Below, piece after piece: positions 10,137 to 19,216 of a stretch of 64,000 nt of DNA. A program made the translations under genes and the position numbers. Origin of the DNA: Chloroflexota bacterium (GTDB taxonomy: Bacteria > Chloroflexota > UBA11872); assembly GCA_022821905.1 (NCBI GenBank), contig JAJECS010000030.1, positions 8,586 through 72,585 of the forward strand, written 5' to 3'. The notes under the pieces are model-generated. The model was not told the origin of the DNA and ran no database searches. It saw only the letters and a program-made list of their open reading frames with translations. Position 1 is the stretch's first letter, and each line of letters starts with the position of its first letter.

Positions 10137-11251
10137 TGGCCGAGAAAGGCGTGGCCGCCGCGTTCCTAGGTTCGCGCAAGCCCTTCGAGTTGCGCGAGTT
10201 TCCGATCCCGGACCCGGGGCCGGGGGCGGCCGTGGTCAAAATGAGCCTCGCGAACGTCTGCGGCTCGGACATGCACTACTGGCGCGGCGAGATGGACATG
10301 GTGAAGATGGGCCGGCCGATGCCGGCGGCGCTGGGGCACGAAGGCACCGGCGAGATCTATCGGCTGGGCGCCGGCGTGACGACCGACTCGATGGGCGATC
10401 CGCTCGAGGAAGGCGATCGAGTTCTCTTCTCATACCTCTACCCCGACCTGCAATGTCCCACCTGCCTCAAAGGCTATACCTTTGCCTGTCCAACGCGGCA
10501 GCATGATCGCCTGGGTGGGCTGGAAGAGTGGCCGCACTTCCGGGGCACGTTTGCACAGTACTACTACCTGCACCCCAACCACACGATGTACAAGGTGCCC
10601 GACCACCTCACGGACGACATGGTGGCGGGACTCAACTGCGCGTTGGTGCAGGTCATTTCCGGTTTGCGCCGCGCCGGCCTGTCGTTCAACGAAACGGTGG
10701 CCATCCAGGGCGCGGGAGGACTCGGCGTCTACGCGGCGGCGGTGGCCAAGGCCCACGGGGCCTCGAAAGTCATCGCCATCGACGGCGTGGATGAGCGCAT
10801 CGACCTGGTCCGCTCTTTCGGCGCGGACGAGATCGTGGACATGCGCGAGTTCGAGACGCCGGAGCAGCGCGTGGACCGCGTGCGCGAGCTCACCGATGGG
10901 CTGGGCGCCGACGTGACGCTGGAGCTCGTGGGACATCCGGGAGTGGTCACCGAGGGTCTGCAGATGACGGCGCCGGGCGGTCGATATCTCGAGATCGGCA
11001 ACATCAACGTCGGCTGGCATACCGAGTTCGATCCGTCGTGGATCGTCTTCCGCAGCATCTCGATCATCGGCGTGGCGCATTACACGTCGCAGGACCTGCG
11101 GCATGCCCTGGATTTCCTGAAGGACAACGTGTCGCGCTTGCCGTTCGACCGGGTGCTGTCGCATCACTTCCCGCTGGCCGACATCAACGAAGCGTTTGCG
11201 CAGCAGGACTCCGGGCGGATCACGCGCGGCGCCCTGGTGCCGCACGCCTAG
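10127..11251 (+). CDS. Zinc-dependent alcohol dehydrogenase family (MDR) oxidoreductase
   Basis: CGSDMHYW catalytic zinc motif, a structural-zinc Cys cluster (CPTCLKGYTFAC) and a GAGGLGVYA NAD(P)-binding motif. Confidence 0.8.
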   Translation: MRAMAEKGVAAAFLGSRKPFELREFPIPDPGPGAAVVKMSLANVCGSDMHYWRGEMDMVKMGRPMPAALGHEGTGEIYRLGAGVTTDSMGDPLEEGDRVLFSYLYPDLQCPTCLKGYTFACPTRQHDRLGGLEEWPHFRGTFAQYYYLHPNHTMYKVPDHLTDDMVAGLNCALVQVISGLRRAGLSFNETVAIQGAGGLGVYAAAVAKAHGASKVIAIDGVDERIDLVRSFGADEIVDMREFETPEQRVDRVRELTDGLGADVTLELVGHPGVVTEGLQMTAPGGRYLEIGNINVGWHTEFDPSWIVFRSISIIGVAHYTSQDLRHALDFLKDNVSRLPFDRVLSHHFPLADINEAFAQQDSGRITRGALVPHA

Positions 11252-11266
11252 GAAGAACCGCGTTCG

Positions 11267-11295
11267 CCTTAGCTAATATTCGGCATTAGCCAAGG
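11267..11295. promoter_or_regulatory. Candidate metal-box operator: imperfect AT-rich inverted repeat CTTAGCTAA-N9-TTAGCCAAG in the promoter of the ABC ATPase gene
   Basis: This is the only AT-rich palindrome in an otherwise GC-rich intergenic region and resembles DtxR/IdeR-type iron boxes (TTAGGTTAGGCTAACCTAA); a DtxR-family gene lies 1.2 kb downstream on the same strand. Confidence 0.35.
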
Positions 11296-11316
11296 CTTGC
11301 GCGGTAGGATGCGCGG

Positions 11317-12420
11317 ATGATGCCGGAAGCGCCGCCGATCGCGCTGCACTGCGAGGGCCTGAGCAAGAGCTTTGGCGCCGTCACGCCCGTGGGTGACGCG
11401 ACTTTCCATGTGACCGCCGGCGCCATCCTGGCGCTGCTGGGACCGAGCGGCTGCGGCAAGACCACGACGCTGCGCCTGATTGCGGGCCTGGATCAGCCCG
11501 ACGCCGGGACCATCGTGCTGGACGGCTCGGTCGTTCAGGGCCCCGACGTGAGCGTGCCGCCGGAGCGCCGGCGGGTTGGCCTGGTGTTCCAGGACTATGC
11601 GCTGTTTCCCCACCTCGACGTGCAGGCCAACGTAGGGTTCGGCTTGTCGCGGCGGAACGGTCGCGCGGCCAGGGTTGCGGAGACGCTGGAGCTGGTGGGG
11701 CTCTCGGCGCTGGCGTCACGCATGCCGCACGAGCTGTCGGGCGGGCAGCAGCAGCGCGTGGCTCTGGCCCGGGCGCTGGCGCCGGAGCCGCGCGTCGTGC
11801 TGCTGGACGAGCCGTTCTCGAACCTCGACGCGGCGCTGCGCAACGACCTGCGGAATGACGTGCGTCGCGTGCTGCGTGAATCCGGCGCGACCGCCGTGTT
11901 CGTGACCCATGATCAGGAAGAGGCGCTGAGTCTGGCCGATCAGGTGGCCGTCATGATCGACGGCCGGGTGCTTCAGGTCGCGCCGCCGTATGACGTCTAC
12001 TGCCATCCCGTCAGCCGCGTGGTGGCGGATTTCATCGGCCATTACAACGTCATCCACGGCGCCGCGATGGGCCGGATGGTGGTCTGCGAGCTCGGGACCG
12101 TGCGAATTCAAGACGCCATGAGCGGCCCGGTCGATCTCTACGTGCGGCCCGAAGCGTTGCAGGTCACCAGCGATCGCAACGGGCAAGGCGTGATCGAGGC
12201 GCGCCAGTTCTTCGGACACGACCAACTCTTGCACGTACGGCTTGACTCGGGATTGGTCGTGGCGTGCCGGGTGGAACCGACGTTCATCGCGCCAGAGGGC
12301 GTGCGCGCTCGGATTCAAATCAACGGCGACGTCGTGGCCTTCACGCGCGCTGGCACAGACGCGCGCGGCCGCCGGGGCGCCCCGGTCACGCCTCCAGCCG
12401 CGCGCCCGCGGCTGGCCTAG
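11317..12420 (+). CDS. ABC transporter ATP-binding protein (FbpC/PotA/ModC type) with a C-terminal TOBE domain
   Basis: Walker A GPSGCGKTT, signature LSGGQQQRVALARAL and Walker B VVLLDEPFSNLD; the C-terminal 120 aa are TOBE-like. Confidence 0.85.
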   Translation: MMPEAPPIALHCEGLSKSFGAVTPVGDATFHVTAGAILALLGPSGCGKTTTLRLIAGLDQPDAGTIVLDGSVVQGPDVSVPPERRRVGLVFQDYALFPHLDVQANVGFGLSRRNGRAARVAETLELVGLSALASRMPHELSGGQQQRVALARALAPEPRVVLLDEPFSNLDAALRNDLRNDVRRVLRESGATAVFVTHDQEEALSLADQVAVMIDGRVLQVAPPYDVYCHPVSRVVADFIGHYNVIHGAAMGRMVVCELGTVRIQDAMSGPVDLYVRPEALQVTSDRNGQGVIEARQFFGHDQLLHVRLDSGLVVACRVEPTFIAPEGVRARIQINGDVVAFTRAGTDARGRRGAPVTPPAARPRLA

Positions 12421-12564
12421 CGCGGAGCGGGCGGCCGCGGGCGGGGATTGCGCTGGTCCAGGCGTCGCGCGGACGGCGGTGGGAATCCACAACCGGCATG
12501 GGCGGGAGTCCGGTCGAGGGGCGGAGCGCCGCCCGCCCCGCCCTTCGTGGCAGAATGCAGGACT

Positions 12565-13227
12565 ATGGCATTGACTAGTACGGCTGAAGACTATCTGCTT
12601 GCGATCTATGGGTTGCGCGCCGAGGGCGGGCCTGTCATCGCCGCCCGTCTTGCGGAGCGCCTGGGCGTTTCGGCCCCGACGGTGTCGGCATCGCTGGACC
12701 GGCTGGTGCGCGACGCGCATGTGTGGATCAATCCGCAGCGCGAGGTCTACCTGACGCTTGGCGGCGAGCGCACCGCCGAGAAGCTGGCCCGCCGCCACCG
12801 GCTCATCGAGCACTGGCTGATCCGGACTCTCGGGCTCGGCTGGGCCGAGGTGCACCACGAGGCCGACCGCCTGGAGCACGCCATCTCGCCCGAGCTGACG
12901 GACCGCATCTCGGAGGCGCTGGGCCATCCGCCGACCTGCCCGCATGGGCTGCCGATCCCGGGCAACTACCCGGAAACCGACGTGGGCAACCTTTTCAAGC
13001 TGTCGTCGGCCGACATCGGGTCCAAAGTGCGGGTCGTGCGACTCTCGGAGCCCGCCGAGGACGACAGCGACCTGCTGCACTATTTCGAGGACAAGCAACT
13101 CGTGCCCGGCCGCGTGATCGATGTGGTGGAGAAGACGCCGGCCGGGCATATCGTGGTGCAGGTGGACGACCAGGCGGCCGTGGTTGACGACACGGTCGCC
13201 GACAATTTGTGGGTGATGGCGGGCTAG
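12565..13227 (+). CDS. DtxR/MntR-family metal-dependent transcriptional repressor with a C-terminal FeoA/SH3-like domain
   Basis: An N-terminal HTH (AEDYLLAIYGL...) and a metal-binding/dimerisation region (HRLIEHWL...CPHG); the C-terminal SH3-like domain is typical of IdeR/DtxR; the start at MALTS (12565) is preferred over the ORF-track start at 12448. Confidence 0.8.
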   Translation: MALTSTAEDYLLAIYGLRAEGGPVIAARLAERLGVSAPTVSASLDRLVRDAHVWINPQREVYLTLGGERTAEKLARRHRLIEHWLIRTLGLGWAEVHHEADRLEHAISPELTDRISEALGHPPTCPHGLPIPGNYPETDVGNLFKLSSADIGSKVRVVRLSEPAEDDSDLLHYFEDKQLVPGRVIDVVEKTPAGHIVVQVDDQAAVVDDTVADNLWVMAG

Positions 13228-13323
13228 CCGCCCGTCGCACATTCCCCGCCCCATGACCATTCGTCGGTCGCCGCACGCCGCGCCGATGCGCCGACGTTTC
13301 ACCCGACGCGAGCAACCCCGAGC

Positions 13324-15906
13324 ATGACGGCCGAGGTCCGGCCAAGCCGCATTTTCACCGTGAGGCCCGCGCTTCCGCAGCGGCTCGAGCGCCTGCGCGA
13401 TCTGGCCTACAACGTGTGGTGGGCGTGGACGCCCGCGGCGCAGGACCTGTTTCGACGCATCGACGCCGAATCCTGGCACGCCTCGCAGGGGAATCCGGTG
13501 GCCGTGCTCACCCGAGCTGCTCCGGGCCAACTCCAAATGCTGGCCGAGGACCCGATTTTCACCGCCGACCTTGACCGCGTGGCTGAAGCCTATGACCAGT
13601 ATCTGAGCCGCCCCACGTGGTTCGAGCAAACGCACGGGCATCTCGAGGGACTGCGCGTGGCCTACGTCTCGATGGAGTTCGGGGTGGCGGAGTCGGTGCC
13701 CCTGTATTCAGGCGGCCTGGGGGTGCTGGCGGGTGATCAGCTCAAGGCCGCCAGCGATCTCGGTGTGCCGCTGGTCGGCGTCGGCATGCTCTATCGCCAG
13801 GGGTACTTCCGGCAGTCGATCGATCCCTCCGGCGCGCAGCGCGAGCAGTTTCCGGAAAACGACGTGGAGGTCCTGCCGGTGGTTGCGTTGCGCTCCGCCG
13901 ACGGGCAGCCGCTGACGGTTCGCGTGCCGATTGACGGGCATGAGATCGCGGTTCGGCTGTGGCGAATGGACGTGGGCCGCGTGCCGCTGATTCTGCTCGA
14001 TGCCAACACGCCGGAGAACAGCCCGGCCGACCGTGAGCTGACGTCCCGGCTGTACATCGGCGACAGCGACATTCGCATTCGGCAGGAGTTGCTGCTGGGC
14101 GTCGCCGGCATGCGCGCGTTGGACGCGCTCGATCTCACGCCGACCGTGGCGCACTTGAACGAGGGGCACAGCGCGTTTCTCATTCTCGAGCGCTTCCAGG
14201 CGCTCCGCGCACAGACCGGTCTCAGCGAGGCCGCGGCGATGCAGATCGTGCGCGCGACCAATGTCTTCACCACCCACACCCCGGTCGCGGCCGGCCACGA
14301 CGAGTTTTCGGCGGATCAGGTGAAGCGTCATGCCGGCGCCTACCTGGAGGCATCGAACATTGACGTCGAGCATGCACTGACCCTGGGCCGGGTGGACGGC
14401 GCCAACGATGGCGAGCCGTTCGGCATCACCACCCTGGCCATGCGCGGGTCCGCCTGGCGCAACGGCGTGAGCGCGCTTCACGGCACCGTGAGCCGCCGGA
14501 TGTGGGAACGGCTGTGGCCGGGCGTGCCGGTCAGCGAGGTTCCGATCGGCCACGTGACCAATGGCGTGCATCTGCGCACCTGGGTGTCTCGAGAGTTGAA
14601 CGGCCTGCTCCAGCGCTACATGGGGCGCCATTGGGCCGAGCGCACCGATCCGCAGGGCATCGAGGAGGGCTTGGCGGCCATTCCCGACGACGAGCTTTGG
14701 CGGGTCCATACGCAACGTCGCGAGCGCCTGGTGGCCAACGTCCGGCGACGCCTGCGAGCGCAAGCGGAGCATCGAGGCGCCGCCGCGCACGAGCTGGCGC
14801 AGGCGTCCGCCGCCCTGCACAGCGACGTGCTCACGGTCGGGTTCGCGCGCCGCTTCGCGCTCTACAAGCGCCCAACTCTGCTGCTGCACGACGTGGAACG
14901 GCTCAAGGCCATCGTCGCGAACTCTCACCGACCGGTGCAGATCATCTTCGCGGGCAAGGCCCATCCCAACGACGATCTGGCCAAGGACCTGCTGCGCGAA
15001 ATCACGGCCATCAGCCGCGATCCGGCCTTCGACGGGCGGCTGGTATTCGTCGAGGACTACGACATGGGACTGGCGCGCGACCTGGTGCAGGGTTGCGACG
15101 TGTGGCTGAACCTGCCGATTCCACCGCAGGAGGCCAGCGGCACGAGCGGCATGAAGGCGGCGGCCAACGGCGTGCTCAACGCCAGCGTTCTCGACGGTTG
15201 GTGGGACGAGGCCTATACCCCGGAAGCGGGTTGGGCGATTGGCCGGGCAGACGTTGACGACGACCGGCAGCGGGATGCAAGCGACGCCGCGGCCATTTAC
15301 GACCTGCTCGAGCACACGGTGGCGCCGTTGTTCTACGACGTCGGCGCGGGAGAGACACCGATTGCCTGGATCCGAATGGCTCGACGCTCAATGGCCCTGG
15401 CGCTGACGGGCTACAGCGCGAATCGAATGGTCCAGAATTATGTCGAGTCGTTTTATGGACCCGCGCATCTGCTCGGCCGGAGCCTGCGCGAGCACCACGG
15501 CGGCGCGGCCACCGACCTTGCCCATTGGCTCGACCACCTGGTGGCCCAGTGGCCCCACGTGCGCGTATTGGAGGTGCACGCAGACGGACCCAGCCAGGTT
15601 GACGCGGGCGTGGTGGTGCCCATTCGGACCCAGGTGGCCCTGGCGGGCCTCAGTCCCGATGACGTGACGGTCGAGGTGTTCGTGGGTCACGTGGACTTCG
15701 AGGGAACGCTGATCGGCGGTCGGGCCGAGGTGGCGGGGCATGCGAGCGCGGAGGCGGACGGCGCCCACTGGTTCACCGGACGCGCGGTGCTGGCCCAAAG
15801 CGGACGCCTCGGCATCGCCGTCCGGGTAGTCCCGCGCCATGCCTTGCTGGCCGGGCCGTACGACGCCGGGCTGATTCGCTGGAGCGAGGCGGCCGGCGCG
15901 ACCTGA
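13324..15906 (+). CDS. glgP: Alpha-glucan (glycogen/maltodextrin) phosphorylase, GT35, alpha-glucan phosphorylase subfamily
   Basis: An N-terminal DUF3417-like segment (AYNVWWAWTP), the GT35 core (GGLGVLAGD, EGHSAFL) and the pyridoxal-phosphate region FAGKAHPNDDLAKDL. Confidence 0.85.
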   Translation: MTAEVRPSRIFTVRPALPQRLERLRDLAYNVWWAWTPAAQDLFRRIDAESWHASQGNPVAVLTRAAPGQLQMLAEDPIFTADLDRVAEAYDQYLSRPTWFEQTHGHLEGLRVAYVSMEFGVAESVPLYSGGLGVLAGDQLKAASDLGVPLVGVGMLYRQGYFRQSIDPSGAQREQFPENDVEVLPVVALRSADGQPLTVRVPIDGHEIAVRLWRMDVGRVPLILLDANTPENSPADRELTSRLYIGDSDIRIRQELLLGVAGMRALDALDLTPTVAHLNEGHSAFLILERFQALRAQTGLSEAAAMQIVRATNVFTTHTPVAAGHDEFSADQVKRHAGAYLEASNIDVEHALTLGRVDGANDGEPFGITTLAMRGSAWRNGVSALHGTVSRRMWERLWPGVPVSEVPIGHVTNGVHLRTWVSRELNGLLQRYMGRHWAERTDPQGIEEGLAAIPDDELWRVHTQRRERLVANVRRRLRAQAEHRGAAAHELAQASAALHSDVLTVGFARRFALYKRPTLLLHDVERLKAIVANSHRPVQIIFAGKAHPNDDLAKDLLREITAISRDPAFDGRLVFVEDYDMGLARDLVQGCDVWLNLPIPPQEASGTSGMKAAANGVLNASVLDGWWDEAYTPEAGWAIGRADVDDDRQRDASDAAAIYDLLEHTVAPLFYDVGAGETPIAWIRMARRSMALALTGYSANRMVQNYVESFYGPAHLLGRSLREHHGGAATDLAHWLDHLVAQWPHVRVLEVHADGPSQVDAGVVVPIRTQVALAGLSPDDVTVEVFVGHVDFEGTLIGGRAEVAGHASAEADGAHWFTGRAVLAQSGRLGIAVRVVPRHALLAGPYDAGLIRWSEAAGAT

Positions 15907-16033
15907 GGCGCGGGCGTCGTGCAATGGCCGCGCCTTTTGTGAGTGACCGTTCAAGCGTTTACCCTGAGGTACGGTTCCGACCGGCAGTCCGGTCGGACAG
16001 CGCTTGCGCCGACACAGGAGGAATCCCCCGTCG

Positions 16034-16291
16034 ATGACGTACGTAATTGCCGAGCCATGCATCGGTACGAAGGACGCCTCGTGCGTGGACGTTTGCCCTG
16101 TTGACTGCATCCATCCGGGACCAGACGCACCCGAACATGAGGCGGCCGAAATGCTCTACATCGATCCCGTGGAGTGCATCGACTGCGGCGCCTGCGAGCC
16201 GGTTTGCCCCGTAACCGCGATCTTTCCGGACTTCGACGTGCCGGATGAGTGGGAGCACTACACCAAGATCAACGCGGACTATTTCGCGTAG
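16034..16291 (+). CDS. fdxA: 7Fe ferredoxin ([3Fe-4S][4Fe-4S], FdxA type)
   Basis: The MTYVIAEPC start with Cys motifs [17 protein letters not shown] and [12 protein letters not shown]; a GGAGG ribosome-binding site lies 12 nt upstream. Confidence 0.85.
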   Translation: MTYVIAEPCIGTKDASCVDVCPVDCIHPGPDAPEHEAAEMLYIDPVECIDCGACEPVCPVTAIFPDFDVPDEWEHYTKINADYFA

Positions 16292-16306
16292 CCGAACGCT
16301 CGGCGG

Positions 16307-17644
16307 CTAGGCGGCGCCCTTGTGCATGACTGCCAGCGCCTCATAGGAGGGCCTGGGCGTGCCGTCGGGGCGCAGCACGCCGAAGGGGAACTTCTCGTCT
16401 TCCGGGCCCACGACGGACTGGAAGTTGAGATTCCAGACGAACGCGTGGGTGATGTAGTCGTATTGCTCGCGCACGAGCCGAATGGCATCGACGAGAAACT
16501 CCGCCTGATCGGCCTCGGAATTGTCGACGCCGTAGCCGTAGGCCGGGTCCTGATTGGCGGTTGACCAGCCAAACTCAGTGATCCAGATGGGCTTGGCCCC
16601 GTCGCCAAATTCCTCCATGACGGCCCGGTGCTGCGTGAAGCGCTGAAAGTAGAAGCTCGCGTGACCGTTCCAGCCGTCCCCACGGGGAGACCCGATCTCC
16701 TGGCGCGGGGCATTGTTGAATCCCCCGGGGTGGATGCCCCATGCGTCGAAGCCGTCGCGCACGATCCCATCGTTGTACTCATACATGCGGCGGAGGAATG
16801 ACACATCGTCCACGGCCTGCACCTGCTGGTCGGGAATGTCGACGTCACCGGCGGGTGTGAGCGCGCCGCCAATGGTCACGGCGGCGGGATCGCCGGCGCG
16901 CACGCCGCGGCGGCCGGCCAAGAGCAGATCCACGAACCCTCCGGCGTTGATGCGGCCATAGCCCCACTCGCGCGAGAGATTGGCCTCGTTCCACAGCTCA
17001 TAGGCCTGTACCGCGCCCCGATACCGGGACGAGATAGTGCGCATAAAGTCTTCAAAGTCCTGGGGGTCGGCCGGCGGGCCGTGCGCCCCCTCGCCGAGCG
17101 CCCAACCGGGCGCGCGGACCACGCTGAGCAGCAGATTCAGGCCAGCGGAGGCTACGGCCGCCACCACTTTGTCGAGTTCCCGCCAGTCGTAGCCGCCCTT
17201 CTCGATCGGCTCGGTTTGACTCCATTCCACCTGCTGCTTGAGCCAGTTGAATCCCGCGTCGAGCGTCTTGCCGACAATGAAGTCGCGGTCCTGGTTGTAG
17301 ATATGGGCCTGAAAGCCATAGCCCTCCAGACGGCGAAGCGCCGCGTCGGGGTCGTTGGGATCGGGAGTCGGCAGCCCCGGGCTCGGCGCGACCGGCGCCG
17401 GTGTGACGGGGCTCGGCGTGGCCGGGCTCGGCGTGGCGGAACTCGGCGTGAGGACTCGAGGCGTCTGCACGCCCGCGGTGGCCTGGGGGTCCGCCCGCGT
17501 CGGTGTTGGCTCGGAAGGTGCGGCGACCGTGACCGCTTCGGTCACGTTGTCGCCGGACTCGCCACAGGCGAGGGTGACGGCTCCGGCCGCGAGGAGGGTC
17601 AGCAATCGCCGCCGCGACCACTGGCGCGGCATGGAATCTGGCAA
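16307..17644 (-). CDS. Secreted lipoprotein glycoside hydrolase, clan GH-A (GH5-like) TIM barrel
   Basis: A Tat/Sec-like signal with lipobox (RRRLLTLLAAGAVTLAC) followed by a Pro/Thr/Ser-rich linker; the catalytic acid/base motif ELWNEAN and the nucleophile motif ITEFGWS. Confidence 0.65.
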   Translation of the reverse strand: MPDSMPRQWSRRRLLTLLAAGAVTLACGESGDNVTEAVTVAAPSEPTPTRADPQATAGVQTPRVLTPSSATPSPATPSPVTPAPVAPSPGLPTPDPNDPDAALRRLEGYGFQAHIYNQDRDFIVGKTLDAGFNWLKQQVEWSQTEPIEKGGYDWRELDKVVAAVASAGLNLLLSVVRAPGWALGEGAHGPPADPQDFEDFMRTISSRYRGAVQAYELWNEANLSREWGYGRINAGGFVDLLLAGRRGVRAGDPAAVTIGGALTPAGDVDIPDQQVQAVDDVSFLRRMYEYNDGIVRDGFDAWGIHPGGFNNAPRQEIGSPRGDGWNGHASFYFQRFTQHRAVMEEFGDGAKPIWITEFGWSTANQDPAYGYGVDNSEADQAEFLVDAIRLVREQYDYITHAFVWNLNFQSVVGPEDEKFPFGVLRPDGTPRPSYEALAVMHKGAA

Positions 17645-17757
17645 CGTGCGACGTATCCTTGAGTACAGACCGCATGGATGGTATCAAGGCAGGGATGAGG
17701 CGCCGACGACCGCCAAGCTGGCGCCTCCCAACCAACCGTCGCTAGAGGAAGGTCCGC

Positions 17758-18621
17758 ATGGCCCAGCGCAGATACGGGAATTCAGTCCTAGGCATAGGCG
17801 TGATCGTGGTGATCGCCGTGATCATCATCGGGCTGTTCAGCGTCCGCTTCGTGGGCGTTGGCGAAGTCGGCGTGATTCACACGTTCGGCGTCGTGGACCC
17901 GATACCAAAGCCACAGGGACTGCTGCTGAAGCTCCCGTGGGCGACGCTGGACACCTACAGCGTGCGGACGCAGTCGATCACGATGAGCTCGCGAGCCGAG
18001 GAGGTGGGCGCCTCCGACCAAACCGTCCGTACGCTCACCTCGGAGGGGTTGTCCGTCGGGCTCGACATCACCACGCTCTTCGTGCTCACGTTCGACAATG
18101 CCCCGAGCGTCCGCAATAACGTCGGGCCGGAAGGCGTCTATCAGGAAATCATCGTGCGACCGGCAATTCGCGATGCCATTCGCGACGTGGTGGCGCAGTT
18201 CACCGCCGAGGCGCTGTATACGACGGCTCGTGAGGAGATCAGCACGCTCATCGAGCAGCAGCTCGACGAGTCCCTCAATCCGCGCGGGGTGGCGATCCAA
18301 AACGTGCTGCTGCGCGATGTGACGCTGCCGGCGGTGATCACCCAGGCCATCGAGAACAAGCTGGCCGCCGAGCAAGCGATTCAGGAACGGCGCTTCCGGG
18401 TCGACGAGGCCAAGGAGGAGGCGCAGCGCCGGATCGAAGAGGCGAACGGTATCGCCGAAGCCAACCGGCGCATCAACGAATCGCTCACCGCGGCCGTGCT
18501 GCAGGACAAATACATCCAGGCTTTGCGCGACATGGGCTCGGGCAGCGTGGTGTACGTGCCCACGAACCCGGAAACCGGGTTGCCGGTGATCCTGGGGACC
18601 CCGGAGCTCGGATCGAACTGA
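17758..18621 (+). CDS. SPFH/band-7 (stomatin/prohibitin/HflKC-like) membrane protein
   Basis: An N-terminal transmembrane helix followed by an SPFH domain and a coiled-coil Ala/Glu-rich region. Confidence 0.75.
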   Translation: MAQRRYGNSVLGIGVIVVIAVIIIGLFSVRFVGVGEVGVIHTFGVVDPIPKPQGLLLKLPWATLDTYSVRTQSITMSSRAEEVGASDQTVRTLTSEGLSVGLDITTLFVLTFDNAPSVRNNVGPEGVYQEIIVRPAIRDAIRDVVAQFTAEALYTTAREEISTLIEQQLDESLNPRGVAIQNVLLRDVTLPAVITQAIENKLAAEQAIQERRFRVDEAKEEAQRRIEEANGIAEANRRINESLTAAVLQDKYIQALRDMGSGSVVYVPTNPETGLPVILGTPELGSN

Positions 18622-18682
18622 CCGCCGGCGGGAGCGACCGAGCCGTAGGGTAGGATGCCGCCGGGCTCGACCCGGCGGCGAT

Positions 18683-18755
18683 GGGCGATTAGCTCAGCTG
18701 GGAGAGCGCTACGTTTACACCGTAGAAGTCGCAGGTTCGAGTCCTGCATCGCCCA
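18683..18755 (+). tRNA. tRNA-Val (anticodon TAC)
   Basis: A manual cloverleaf: acceptor GGGCGAT, D-arm GCTCAGCTGGGAGAGC, anticodon loop TTTACAC and T-arm GCAGGTTCGAGTCCTGC. Confidence 0.85.
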
Positions 18756-18792
18756 CCGGCATCGCGCGATCGCCCTTCGGGGCCGTGCGCAT

Positions 18793-18868
18793 GGCGAGAT
18801 AGCTCAGTCGGTAGAGCAGTGGACTGAAAATCCATGTGTCGCCAGTTCGATTCTGGCTCTCGCCACCA
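18793..18868 (+). tRNA. tRNA-Phe (anticodon GAA), canonical copy with an encoded CCA
   Basis: GGCGAGATAGCTCAGTCGGTAGAGCAGTGGACTGAAAATCCATGTGTCGCCAGTTCGATTCTGGCTCTCGCCACCA closely matches bacterial tRNA-Phe. Confidence 0.9.
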
Positions 18869-19216
18869 AGCCGTCTCCGTCGGGGGAAGCTCGCCCCGGA
18901 TTAGCCCGCCGATTCTCCGGCGCCTGATTGCCAGGCCGGCTGACCGATTTCAAGCGCGCAACTCCGCAGGGTATGGTCAGGGCAGCGCGACAAGCATCAG
19001 CGATCCATAGTCGGACTCCGGCGCGGCCTCCGTGAACGCGATGCTGCCTGCGGGGCGTTGCCATCCGGCGCCAGCGCCGTCCTCACGTCGTACCAGTTGC
19101 TGCCCGAAGCCCCACGAGACCCTGGGGTAAACTTGGCGGGTACGGGGGCAAACCGCTAACCCATAGTCACCTCCCGCAAGCATCTGCCCCTCCTGGCAGC
19201 AACCCTCCTGTCCCTG

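Noticed and set aside
11716-13641. 641-aa minus-strand ORF overlapping the ABC ATPase and DtxR-like genes
   Set aside because: Arg/Ala/Gly/Pro-rich low-complexity translation typical of antisense frames in high-GC DNA; it overlaps two well-supported plus-strand genes
13708-15315. 535-aa minus-strand ORF inside glgP
   Set aside because: Antisense to a strongly supported glycogen phosphorylase gene; compositionally biased; no motifs
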